Position numbers and translations under genes: made by a program
Assembly: GCA_965278995.1 (NCBI GenBank)
Contig: OZ257136.1
Span: 1,491,057 to 1,555,056, forward strand
From: Gammaproteobacteria bacterium
GTDB taxonomy: Bacteria > Pseudomonadota > Gammaproteobacteria > Ga0077536
DNA: 64,000 nucleotides
Reading direction: 5' to 3'
Shown here: piece by piece, positions 38,403-49,544 of the stretch
Layout of the letters: each line of letters starts with the position of its first letter
How positions within the stretch are numbered: position 1 is the stretch's first letter
The notes under the pieces: generated by a model
Told to the model about the DNA's origin: nothing
Databases searched by the model: none
Seen by the model: the letters and a program-made list of their open reading frames with translations, nothing else

Positions 38403-41400
38403 CTAATGAACGTGCCGTGTTTCCGGTGGTAACCCTGACCATTGAAGTTGTCCGCGTCGTAACCCTGCAATGGTGACCAACGCGGTTAATAACAGAAAAA
38501 GCGCTGACGGTAACGGCACAGCTGAAGGTGCGAGCGTGCCAAATGAAATATCGACATCCAAATTAACCTTGGATGCCCGTGGCAGAAAAACAAAATCGAA
38601 GCTTAACTCGTGATTGCCAGGACTCATCAGCGTACTGACGAGTCCCAGATCGATGACATGCAAAGGCCCTGTGTCCTGACTATCTGAAGCTGGCTGCCAC
38701 AACAGCTGGTTATCCAATAACACCCTGAGCGTGAAGCCATTCCGTGCGTCATCGGCAGAATCATCGTACGGGTAGTGGATGACCAGATGCGACAGCGGAT
38801 CGAGCATGTCTGCATCCAACGCAAACAAACTGGCGGCATTCAATGTTTCAGTGAGCGTCAAGGACGCACTTACATCCACCTGCCCAAGCAAAGTGAACGC
38901 GGCACCCACGGTGTTCGCGCCATAAAGTTGGGACGCCGTATATTCTGAACCACGTGCACGCACAGCTAAATCAATGGCGCGTGTGCCATCCTGGTCCAGA
39001 TTTCCGTCGGCAGCGAGCGAAGCTCCCGCCAGCAGATGTAATCCCAGGGCAGTCTCGCTATGCACGGCGACGCGATGCACAGCGCCCATAGTGTCGGATT
39101 CACTCACGGCGTTGACGACGGATAGCTCTCCGCTGATTCGCGTTGCCTCGGCCTGCGCGACCGCACTGCGCCCACCGAAACTGCGGGCGATTGCACTGGC
39201 GCTTGCATCAACGGTCTCCAGCGAAGCAACCAGCGCATAGGCCAGCACTTCACCGGCCCCATGCGCTTCGGCGCTGGCACTGGCCACACTGGGCGTCAGT
39301 GACGGACTGAGCGGGCCTTGAGGGTCCGGCAGGTAAGGATCGCCCACGGATGAGAAATAGTCGTCACCGACCAGCGCCTGCGAAACAACCGTCAATCGGT
39401 TACTGCCCTCATTGATTCCGCGCGCACGCGACGCAACCCGAGCGAGGGCATCGTTGCCGCGATAGCCGAATGCCACGTCCTTGACCTGCAAAGAACCGCC
39501 CAGCACATCTGCACTTGTCTCACTTACCGCATTTCCACCATGCTCGCCGCCGACGGCAAGTCCGTTGGCGCGATGTTCGGCGGTAGAGGTCAGCGTGCGC
39601 GAACTCGCGGACAATATTGCGATGGCCTCGCCTCCGGTCGGATACTCCCCGTTATAGTCATAGCCACCGTCACCCGCAACGGCGCTCGTTTCGGCACTCA
39701 GCGTGCCACCTGCACTTGTCCGCAATATGGCAGCAGCGTCTCCACCATGACCACCACGCACGGAGTATGGTGAAAAATTGATGGAGTAACCCGAGCCACC
39801 GACGCCACCCCTCGCGCTTACCGTGATATCCAGATCGTGCTCGTGGTCAAAGGACAATACGGAGCTGGCCGCACCGCCGTTACCGCCAAGCACATCGTGA
39901 TCGGTAAGAAGATGGGTGAATTCACCGCCAGAGCCGGCCTGAGCGTCTTGCACCAGAGTCAGTTTACCGTCAGCTTCAATCGATTCCGCGTTCAGCAGAT
40001 GCGACGCCGCACCATCACCTCCGTTCGCGCCACTCAAGCCTCCCCCGCCGCTACCACCGATTTGCTGCACCGTGACGGTCACCGAACCGCCACCGGTCGA
40101 TACCACGGTCGCGAATGCATTGGCCGCCCCACCGTTGCCGCTGGTGAGTGTCGCATCGTAGAGTCCGCCGGCCGAGCCTCCAGCGCCGCCTGCCGCGCTA
40201 ACCATAACGTTGGTTTCGCGTCCATGCTGATTGATAGCTGTCGCGCTCGCGTCGGCCGTCCCACCATCTCTTCCGATTGCGACTTGGTGACCGGTGCTCC
40301 AGATGCCCGTCGCACCCGACCCGCCCGTGGCGATGCTGCTCAGGGTCACATTGGACTCTGTCGCCAGGCTCTGGCCGACAACGTTACTGACCGCATTGCC
40401 GGCCGAGCCGCCGCGTAGTGCGCCGGAAAGGCTGTCGATCCAGGCGCCGTTGCCGCCGTGAGCGGTGCCCGCCACAAAGACGTCGGCACCATCATGCGAT
40501 GTTTCACCGCGCAGATTGGTCACAGCGTTGCCGCCGTCAGCTGCCAATCCGCGTTCATTATTCAAGCTGGAATCGAACCCCCGCATCCAATTCCCGTTTC
40601 CACCCACGCTCGTTCCATTCAAATCCAGTCGACCGCCATCATTGCGGACGACGGCAATTGCCGAAGCGTCACCGCCTTTCGCGACGGGCAGATTCGGCAC
40701 GTCTAGCGCGCCGCCGATACCTGCATCACCTCCGATAGCGACGACACGGATGAACGGGTCGGAAAGTTCAATGGTGGTATCGAGTACGCTGGCAGCATCA
40801 CCGCCGTTGCCGACCTGACCGCCTTGACCGCCATTCCCACCGATGCCGCCAGTAGCGTGTTGCGTGAGTCGAACGGTATCCGCGCCGACAACACTAACGG
40901 TGTTGAACATCGCGACATCAGCTCCATCGCCAGCCATCATTCCCACATTATTGGCAGAAGCGTCGGACGTATCGGTACCCAGGTCGCCGCCCGCACCACC
41001 GATGGCTTGAGTAGATATGACGAATTCGCCGATATGCCCATTCGTGAGCAATGTGACACTACTCGGCAGGACTACGGCCGCGCCGCCATCACCTGCTCGA
41101 CGCAATATGCCGGGAACGCCTTGAATATCGGAAGACGCATTCGCGCCTTGACCTCCCATGGCCGAGACGTAGGCTCCGGTATTGGCGCTCCCGTAGACGA
41201 AGCTGCCGCTGATGTGTGCCTCAGCGATTGCCGCACCGCCGGTGATGGCCGCTCCTGCCTGGCTGAAGTGTGCATCGCCCCCACCTGCGTTCACGAGCGC
41301 GAAGGTCGAGCCGCCGAGAGCGTTGGTCGCAGTCAACGACGAGAATGCGTCACCGGCACGACCGGCCCCGCTGCTACCGCCGGCTGCATTCTGTGTTAGA

Positions 41401-42254
41401 TACAATGTACGGCCCGCCGCACCACGCGCAGCATTGACGACAACGGCGTTTGCACTGTCACCGCCGCCACCGCCGCCGCCCACCGCTAAGGCCTTGGCCC
41501 GTGCGTCGCCGAGCGCCGAATAGGCATACGCATCGACCACGACCTGCCCGCCGACAACGCCGTTCGCGCTGACCAGATAACCGCCACCACCCGTGCCACC
41601 ATAGGCTTCAGCACTGGCGCTGGCTTCGGCGTCACCCTGAGTAGTCGCCGAGGCAGTGGCAATGGCCGCACCACCGTTGCCGGAGAGTGCGGCTGGATTG
41701 TTCAGATCGAGCGTCTCGCCGGCGTTTCCTCCATTGCCCGCGATACTCGTTGCGGCCACTCGAACGTCTCCGTTGGAAACAGCGCCTGAGGCCGATGCGC
41801 TCGCATTGCCTCCCGCACCCCCCGCCCCACCTTGCGCACCCTCACCACCGAATCCGCCACGCCCACCGATAGCCGCGACAGCAGCAATGCCGCCGATGTG
41901 CTGAACGACCAATGCAGATCCGTCGCCACCGCGACCGCCCTCGCCCCCGTTGCCGCGCAGCGCGCCGGTGTGTCCTCCCGCACCGCCGAATCCGCCAGCA
42001 CCGGCACGGACGTCTAGTGAATTGGCGCTGTCGATATTCGAGAGCGAGCGAGCGGCGTTACCTCCCGCGTCGCCGGGGCCTCCGGTCCCGGGAAGCTCGC
42101 TGCCGTCTGTCCCTAACGTACCAGGACTGCCATCGGGTACATGAACCGAAACATTGGCAGCTTGTGCCGCCGACCAGGAGACGACAGTCGCCAGTGTTAT
42201 GGCGCCAACGATGCGAGTGCAGATACGGAATTTGCTCGGCATTGCCCCGTCCAT
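38403..42254 (-). CDS. giant Gly/Ala/Ser/Asn-rich low-complexity secreted protein with VPLPA-CTERM sorting tail
   Basis: 1283 aa. Signal peptide '...TLATVVSWSAAQAANVS'. Hundreds of GGxGG/GGNGG/GGAGG repeats. C-terminus 'AVPLPSALFLLLTALVTIAGLRRGQ'. Confidence 0.8.
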   Translation of the reverse strand: MDGAMPSKFRICTRIVGAITLATVVSWSAAQAANVSVHVPDGSPGTLGTDGSELPGTGGPGDAGGNAARSLSNIDSANSLDVRAGAGGFGGAGGHTGALRGNGGEGGRGGDGSALVVQHIGGIAAVAAIGGRGGFGGEGAQGGAGGAGGNASASASGAVSNGDVRVAATSIAGNGGNAGETLDLNNPAALSGNGGAAIATASATTQGDAEASASAEAYGGTGGGGYLVSANGVVGGQVVVDAYAYSALGDARAKALAVGGGGGGGDSANAVVVNAARGAAGRTLYLTQNAAGGSSGAGRAGDAFSSLTATNALGGSTFALVNAGGGDAHFSQAGAAITGGAAIAEAHISGSFVYGSANTGAYVSAMGGQGANASSDIQGVPGILRRAGDGGAAVVLPSSVTLLTNGHIGEFVISTQAIGGAGGDLGTDTSDASANNVGMMAGDGADVAMFNTVSVVGADTVRLTQHATGGIGGNGGQGGQVGNGGDAASVLDTTIELSDPFIRVVAIGGDAGIGGALDVPNLPVAKGGDASAIAVVRNDGGRLDLNGTSVGGNGNWMRGFDSSLNNERGLAADGGNAVTNLRGETSHDGADVFVAGTAHGGNGAWIDSLSGALRGGSAGNAVSNVVGQSLATESNVTLSSIATGGSGATGIWSTGHQVAIGRDGGTADASATAINQHGRETNVMVSAAGGAGGSAGGLYDATLTSGNGGAANAFATVVSTGGGSVTVTVQQIGGSGGGGLSGANGGDGAASHLLNAESIEADGKLTLVQDAQAGSGGEFTHLLTDHDVLGGNGGAASSVLSFDHEHDLDITVSARGGVGGSGYSINFSPYSVRGGHGGDAAAILRTSAGGTLSAETSAVAGDGGYDYNGEYPTGGEAIAILSASSRTLTSTAEHRANGLAVGGEHGGNAVSETSADVLGGSLQVKDVAFGYRGNDALARVASRARGINEGSNRLTVVSQALVGDDYFSSVGDPYLPDPQGPLSPSLTPSVASASAEAHGAGEVLAYALVASLETVDASASAIARSFGGRSAVAQAEATRISGELSVVNAVSESDTMGAVHRVAVHSETALGLHLLAGASLAADGNLDQDGTRAIDLAVRARGSEYTASQLYGANTVGAAFTLLGQVDVSASLTLTETLNAASLFALDADMLDPLSHLVIHYPYDDSADDARNGFTLRVLLDNQLLWQPASDSQDTGPLHVIDLGLVSTLMSPGNHELSFDFVFLPRASKVNLDVDISFGTLAPSAVPLPSALFLLLTALVTIAGLRRGQLQWSGLPPETRHVH

Positions 42255-42494
42255 GGACTTGGATTTCGCTGCAGTTTAGTTGAAAAACGCTACCGGGCGT
42301 GTTCGAAAATAAAGCCTCTCATAGCGTAACGACAGCGCGACTTCGCCGATTTCGCAGTTCCTCAGTCTCCCCGTTCACGGCAGTGCCGGCATCACTTCCT
42401 TGCCGAACGAATCCAGTGACCGCCTGCTTTGCGCATATGTCAACGTACCCCGCGCAAAATCACCGATGAAGTAGTTGCTGAACCCGTGAAAACG

Positions 42495-43196
42495 TCAACG
42501 CCCGACCCGTCGACCAAAGCCAGCAAACAGTTCAGCTGCCAGATAATGCACATCGGCACGATCACCGGGGCGGCGACGGCGCAGATAATCGTTCAGCAGG
42601 CGACCGTCGGAGGCGCGTGCGTAGTGGGGTTCGAGCAGGTTCAGCCGATAGCGCTCCACAGCGCGTGCCACGCGGCTGATAAACAGGATGGTACCGTCTG
42701 CCTCGACGCGCTCGACCAGGCCGACATGGGTCAGTCTATCGTTGGCTCGGCCATCGCCATTGAAGTCCCAGGTATTGTCGAAAAACACCAGATCGCCCGG
42801 TGCGGCGCCGGGACCATTGTGCAGACGGCCGTGGCGGCGAACGTTGTCGTAGATTCGACGAACACCGTTGACGCCGGGTGTCTCCACGCTGCCGGCATAA
42901 AGGTCGATGCCGTGAGCCAGATAAACCGAACGCATGACGCCGGCACAATCGTAGCCAACACGCCGACCGCCCGAATTGATCAGTGTCGCACCGAGCAGCT
43001 TCCGCGCGCTCAGCACCAGTGCGTCCTGCACGGCGGATGACTGAAGCGGCGGCTCTGCTTCGCTCGGCGGCGGCTCCGGTGGCGCAGCGGGTTCTTCGCG
43101 AGGCGTACTTGCGCAGCCGGCGAGAAAAATCGCGCCAGCGAGCAGTGCGACGCGCCAACTGCGAACGCGCTTGGCGAACCCAGGGCGTACGTTCAA
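42495..43196 (-). CDS. NlpC/P60 (C40)-like lipoprotein
   Basis: Lipobox 'FLAGC'. Pro/Glu-rich linker. 'DCAGVMRSVY...HVGLV' Cys/His arrangement typical of NlpC/P60. Confidence 0.5.
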   Translation of the reverse strand: MNVRPGFAKRVRSWRVALLAGAIFLAGCASTPREEPAAPPEPPPSEAEPPLQSSAVQDALVLSARKLLGATLINSGGRRVGYDCAGVMRSVYLAHGIDLYAGSVETPGVNGVRRIYDNVRRHGRLHNGPGAAPGDLVFFDNTWDFNGDGRANDRLTHVGLVERVEADGTILFISRVARAVERYRLNLLEPHYARASDGRLLNDYLRRRRPGDRADVHYLAAELFAGFGRRVGR

Positions 43197-43311
43197 GACA
43201 CATGATCCGGCGAGTAAAAAAACAGCTGCATCAACGACAGTTTGGCAGACCCTATGCTAACGTGAAACGTAGTCATGCAACGTAACGATAGAGACAACTG
43301 CTGCCAACCAG

Positions 43312-44388
43312 GTGACTGCACGAGTACTTATGCTCAGCTTTTTTGACGCCATCAAAGCGCAGGCTGAAACCCAGCAATATGTCACGACCTGGACTGTGCT
43401 GCCCGGCAACCAGCGCCCGTGGCGAAAATCCGGTCTGGTCCTGGCGCGGGGTCAGCATTACACCCTGCTGGCCGACGGCGTTATTCACTGGTCGGAACGT
43501 CATCCGCAGCTACATGGCGGGCCCGGCTTTCATCTGTGGGCGCGCGTACATCCTGGCGGACGCATCGTCAACGTCACACGCCAGAGCGGCAGCTTCGTCG
43601 CCGATGTCGACGGCGAACTCGAACTCGGTATTTATCTCGGCATGTGGCAGGACGACTTCGGCGCCTTGGCGACACCGCAGTCCGCTTATGCTCGCCTGCA
43701 CGGCGAACTACCGGTCATTGCTATCCGATGGCCAGGCACGGCGCAGCACGGATTGGAAAAACTGAGCGGAATTGTTCATCACCCTGGCCTGGATGCCGAG
43801 ATTGCCCGACTGCGCTCACCGGCGGTGCTGCCTGCCGGCTGGGACTATCTGCGCGAGACCGGCATCACGGATATTTATCGAAGCTGCGACCATCACGGAC
43901 GCGGCGCCATCTGCCTTGATGCCAGAGATGACCAAGGCATCATCCGCAAAGCGGTGGACTGGGCGTTGACCCCGACGACGAGCCTCCACTGGCGCTGGCG
44001 ACTCGATCAACACCCGAGCGAAGTTGCCGAAGACACCCACCTCACCCACGACTACGTTTCGCTCGCAGCCGAGTTCGACAACGGCCGCGATCTGACCTGG
44101 ATCTGGAGCAGCAGCCTGGCCAGGGATTACCACTTTCACTGCCCGATCAAAGTCTGGCAGAAACGCGAAACGCACTGGGTCGTACGAACGGGCGAAGATC
44201 CGCGAAGTTGCTGGCTGGACGAATATCGACGAGTTCACGACGATGTCAACGCCGCCATGGGCCCGCCGCCGTCGCGCATCGTGGGCATATGGTTAATTTG
44301 CGTCGCGACTTTTCAGCACGGTACAGCGCACGCTGCGTTCACCGGCATCGAACTGGTCGATGGGAATCAACGATTGTCCGTGCTGTAG
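43312..44388 (+). CDS. hypothetical protein (C-terminal half resembles a DUF3047-type Trp-rich domain)
   Basis: A long ORF is the only support. There is no signal peptide and no recognisable catalytic motif. Confidence 0.4.
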   Translation: MTARVLMLSFFDAIKAQAETQQYVTTWTVLPGNQRPWRKSGLVLARGQHYTLLADGVIHWSERHPQLHGGPGFHLWARVHPGGRIVNVTRQSGSFVADVDGELELGIYLGMWQDDFGALATPQSAYARLHGELPVIAIRWPGTAQHGLEKLSGIVHHPGLDAEIARLRSPAVLPAGWDYLRETGITDIYRSCDHHGRGAICLDARDDQGIIRKAVDWALTPTTSLHWRWRLDQHPSEVAEDTHLTHDYVSLAAEFDNGRDLTWIWSSSLARDYHFHCPIKVWQKRETHWVVRTGEDPRSCWLDEYRRVHDDVNAAMGPPPSRIVGIWLICVATFQHGTAHAAFTGIELVDGNQRLSVL

Positions 44389-44660
44389 CCGGGTGCTACA
44401 GCAATCCCGGGGGCGTTCCTCCTCGCCTGCCTTCGCGGCTCGGCGAGCGACTCAGACCTGGGCACTGGTCCTGATTCCTCTGCACGGCGCAGGTCGCGGT
44501 GTGGGAAACGCGCTTCGGGACCGTGAAAATACAGGATGTATTTTCCGAGCTTACATGGACGTACTCGCTGCGTGTCCCGAAGCGCGTTTCCCACACCGCG
44601 GCCGACCCTGGCCACTGTGTAGCCGGGAATCAGGAACACGTTTTTATATGGCGGCCACCC
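44389..44660. repeat. nested palindromic intergenic element (27-bp perfect inverted repeat cgcggtgtgggaaacgcgcttcgggac / gtcccgaagcgcgtttcccacaccgcg, outer IR cctgattcc/ggaatcagg, hairpin gctgtagc-cgggt-gctacagc)
   Basis: Read directly between convergent genes 43312..44388 and 44661..45674. Confidence 0.6.
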
Positions 44661-45674
44661 TCAGCGAAAAGCCGGCATCACTTCCTTGCTCATCAACTCG
44701 ATGTGTTCGTCCGACCAACTCGGATCCAGACCCGGCGGCACCGCCCAGGTGTAGAAGCGATTGCTGCCCGTGGCCGCGACATATTCCTTGATCATCGTTA
44801 TTGCCCGCTCCGGGCTGACGATGTAGCAATCATTGGTCTCGATCGAAGCACGTGTCGCCGAGACCGGTTTGATGAAGCCCATGCCGGCTGCGCTGAACCA
44901 TTCGCCATAGCAGTTCTGCTGATAGGCGAGATGTTCGACCGCCTCGGCCCAGCGTTTCTCAGGGTCGCGCGCCACGTGCAACCAGGCGTAACCTGCCGCG
45001 ACTTCGTAGTCGTCCGGATCCCGTCCGCAGGCTTTCAACTCGTCGCGGTAGACTTTCGTGAACGGGCCTATCGGGCCGACCGCAATGTACCCTGCTCCGA
45101 CGCGCGCAGCACGTTTGACCGCAACGTTACTGAAGCCCGCTATCCACAAGCGGGGATTCCTCTGCACCGGCATCGGGCGAAGCTGGATGTCTTCGTACTG
45201 ATGATACTTGCCGTGATAGCTGAAGCGCTCACCGGCAAACAACCGCTGAATGATCTCGATACCTTCATCCATGCGCTGCCCGCGCGTTTTCGGGTCGACG
45301 CCCCAGGCCCGCAGTTCCTCGACTTTGTAACCGACGCCGAGACCGAGTTCGAGTCGACCGCCAGAAATGACGTCGAGTGTGGCGGCGTCTTCAGCGACGC
45401 GAACCGGGTCGTGCAACGGCAGCAGCAACACGCTGGTACCGATTCGAATTGTCTTGGTGCGGGCTGCAATGGCACAGCCGATGGGGAGCATCGAGGGCGA
45501 ATAGCAGTCCTCGAGAAAATGATGTTCGGATAACCAGATATCGTCGAATCCGGCTGCTTCGGCCCGCACAATCTGATCGAAACAGGCGTGATAGAGCGCC
45601 GTGTTGTCGCGCTGCCATTGCGGCGGATTACGGAAATCGTACCAGAGGCCGAAACGCAGTTTCTTGTTGTTCAC
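44661..45674 (-). CDS. LLM family oxidoreductase
   Basis: 'MNNKKLRFGLWYDF...GFDDIWLSEHHF' LLM signature. Confidence 0.65.
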   Translation of the reverse strand: MNNKKLRFGLWYDFRNPPQWQRDNTALYHACFDQIVRAEAAGFDDIWLSEHHFLEDCYSPSMLPIGCAIAARTKTIRIGTSVLLLPLHDPVRVAEDAATLDVISGGRLELGLGVGYKVEELRAWGVDPKTRGQRMDEGIEIIQRLFAGERFSYHGKYHQYEDIQLRPMPVQRNPRLWIAGFSNVAVKRAARVGAGYIAVGPIGPFTKVYRDELKACGRDPDDYEVAAGYAWLHVARDPEKRWAEAVEHLAYQQNCYGEWFSAAGMGFIKPVSATRASIETNDCYIVSPERAITMIKEYVAATGSNRFYTWAVPPGLDPSWSDEHIELMSKEVMPAFR

Positions 45675-45828
45675 GTCATCACTCCTGTTGGCAATAGTTG
45701 CCTGACTGCAGGACGCTACTGGCGGCTCTGCAGACTGTCAAGCTGCGGTCGGCACAGCGATGGCGCTGGCTTATGGCGTCAGCCCTGCGCTAGATTGCCG
45801 GAATCAACACGGCGAGCTTTCCATCAGC

Positions 45829-46533
45829 ATGACCGGCATCGAGTTAATCCGACGCGAGATCCGCGTATTGAGTTTTGACCTGTATGGCACGGTGGTCGAT
45901 ATGCAGGGTGGCTTGACGGCCGTGGCGACGCCGTTTTTACGCGAGCGAGGGTGGGATGGCGATCCCGATAGTTTCGTGACGTGGTGGCGTCGGACACATT
46001 TCGAGAATTCGATGATCGACAGTCTGTGCAACAACGGTCACACGCCCTATCGCGAGATCGGGCACCGCGCCGTCAGCTATACCTTGGAGCGGGCCGGTTT
46101 AGCGCATGACAACGACGACGTCCGCCGACTCGTTGCGGCGATCGAAACACTCCGCCCGTTTCCCGAAGTGCCGGCGGCGCTGACACGTCTGGCTCAGCGT
46201 TTTCGACTGGTCATCCTGTCGAACGGCGATCGCGACATGCTCGAGGCGGCCAAGCCTCATCTCGGCTTCACGTTCGAGCGCGCCATATCCGTTCAGGAAG
46301 CGGGCTGTTTCAAACCGCATCGGCGGACCTATGCGCGCGCCTGCGAAATCCTGGACCTCGCGCCGCTGCAGGTCATGCACATCGCCAACCATGCGTTCGA
46401 CTGCATCGGCGCCAAAGCTGCCGGCATGCGTGCAGCGTTTATCGACCGACGCGGCCGGCCTTTCGGTCAGACGCCGCATGTGCCGGATATCGCTGTGACT
46501 TCACTGACTGCGCTCGCCGACCTGCTGACCTGA
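45829..46533 (+). CDS. L-2-haloacid dehalogenase-type HAD hydrolase
   Basis: Start trimmed to 'MTGIELIRREIRVLSFDLYGTVVDM' (HAD motif I, DxYGT). 'LSNGD' motif III region. Confidence 0.7.
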   Translation: MTGIELIRREIRVLSFDLYGTVVDMQGGLTAVATPFLRERGWDGDPDSFVTWWRRTHFENSMIDSLCNNGHTPYREIGHRAVSYTLERAGLAHDNDDVRRLVAAIETLRPFPEVPAALTRLAQRFRLVILSNGDRDMLEAAKPHLGFTFERAISVQEAGCFKPHRRTYARACEILDLAPLQVMHIANHAFDCIGAKAAGMRAAFIDRRGRPFGQTPHVPDIAVTSLTALADLLT

Positions 46534-46611
46534 ACGGGGCGATTGCGCCGACAGCCGATTGCCGGTGCAATGCGACCGGCTCCATCAAACCGCAAGCACA
46601 AGAGAGCAATA

Positions 46612-47496
46612 ATGAGCAAACGTTCTAACGGGATCACAGTTGGTGTATTTCAGAATCTGTGCGACAAGCCCTCGGGCGATCCGGCGGTCATTGCCCGGCG
46701 TGCCGAGGAACTCGGTTTCGATTCGTACTGGGTGCCGGAGCACGTTGTCATGCCGCAAGGTTCGGCCGACGTCTATCCCGGCAAACAACCCGGCGAAGCG
46801 CCACCGGCCTACCTGTTCAAGATGCCCGATCCGCTGATTGCACTCGCCCGTGCGTCGGCGACGACCACAACACTCAAACTGGGAACTGGCGTCGCGCTTG
46901 TCCCGGAGCGGCATCCGATCACGGCTGCGCTCGAAATCGCCACGCTCGATCATTACTCGGGCGGGCGCTTTCTTTATGGCATCGGCGCTGGTTGGAATGA
47001 AGCGGAATGCACCGTCATGGGCGGCGATTTCGAACATCGCTGGACGCAGACCCGCGAAGCCATCGAAGTGATGACCCTGCTGTGGAGCGGCGAATACGTC
47101 GAATATCATGGCAAGTACTATGATTTCCCACCGCTGGTCTGCCTGCCGCGACCGGCCCGGCGGCCGCGGCCGCCGGTACTGCTCGGCAGCATCGGCAATC
47201 CACGCGTCTACAAGCGTGTCGGTGAATGGGCCGATGGCTGGTTGCCGTTCACGGCCGACCCGCAGGCGATCGCCGACGGCAAGGCAGCCATCACGAAACA
47301 CGCCAAAGCGGCCGGCCGCGATCCGGCAACACTCGAGATCATCTTGTTCTCCACGCCGGGCGGGGTCATGCGTACACGTGGCGAACTTGCCGAAGTCGCG
47401 AGTGCAGGGGCCAACGGCGCAGTGCTATGGCTGAATGGCGCAAACGAACAGGAAATTCTCGAAGAACTCGGCGAACTCGCTCGGGCCGTCTTCTGA
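46612..47496 (+). CDS. LLM family oxidoreductase (paralogue of 56873..57745)
   Basis: Start trimmed to 'MSKRSNGITVGVFQNL'. '...ELGFDSYWVPEHVVMP' is almost identical in motif to the 56.9 kb copy. Confidence 0.65.
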   Translation: MSKRSNGITVGVFQNLCDKPSGDPAVIARRAEELGFDSYWVPEHVVMPQGSADVYPGKQPGEAPPAYLFKMPDPLIALARASATTTTLKLGTGVALVPERHPITAALEIATLDHYSGGRFLYGIGAGWNEAECTVMGGDFEHRWTQTREAIEVMTLLWSGEYVEYHGKYYDFPPLVCLPRPARRPRPPVLLGSIGNPRVYKRVGEWADGWLPFTADPQAIADGKAAITKHAKAAGRDPATLEIILFSTPGGVMRTRGELAEVASAGANGAVLWLNGANEQEILEELGELARAVF

Positions 47497-47498
47497 GC

Positions 47499-49022
<1,524 letters not shown>

Positions 49023-49079
49023 GAGTTCGCGAACACCTGGTGGCTACGTTCGGCCGCGGTGTGGGCCGTGCAGAGGGTA

Positions 49080-49544
49080 CTAACACAGGTCCGCGACGAT
49101 TCCGTCTGTCAGATGAACAAGATCGTCCGGCGCGATTTCGAGGTCGAGTCCACGGCGGCCGCCGCTGACGTAGACGGTCGGATAGGTCAGCGCTGAAGAA
49201 TCGATGACTGTCCGTAGTGCTTTGCGCTGGCCGAGCGGGCTGACGCCGCCGACCACGTAGCCCGTCGTGCGCTCGACCAGCTTGATGTCGGCCAGTGCGA
49301 CTTTCTTTGCGCCGACCGCCTTGGCCATCGCTTTCAGGGTCAACATCGCCGACACCGGCAGCACCGCGACGGCGAGTTCACGGGTCTCGGTCTCGACCAC
49401 CAGGGTCTTCATGACCCGCGCCGGTTCGAGGCCGAGCTTTTCAGCCGCTTCGAGGCCGTAGGATTTGGCCTGCGGATCGTGCGCATATTCATGGATACGA
49501 TAGGCGATCCCGGCTTTGGTGGCCGCCTTGATCGCTGGTGTCAT
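49080..49544 (-). CDS. ybaK: YbaK/ProX-type aminoacyl-tRNA deacylase
   Basis: 154 aa. 'KTLVVE...VAVLPV' and a 'GYVVGGVSPLG' editing-domain motif. Confidence 0.7.
   Translation of the reverse strand: MTPAIKAATKAGIAYRIHEYAHDPQAKSYGLEAAEKLGLEPARVMKTLVVETETRELAVAVLPVSAMLTLKAMAKAVGAKKVALADIKLVERTTGYVVGGVSPLGQRKALRTVIDSSALTYPTVYVSGGRRGLDLEIAPDDLVHLTDGIVADLC

Noticed and set aside
42429-43040. 203-aa plus-strand ORF as an alternative to the lipoprotein at 42495..43196
   Set aside because: The minus-strand ORF has a lipobox and an NlpC/P60-like Cys/His arrangement. The plus-strand translation has no features.
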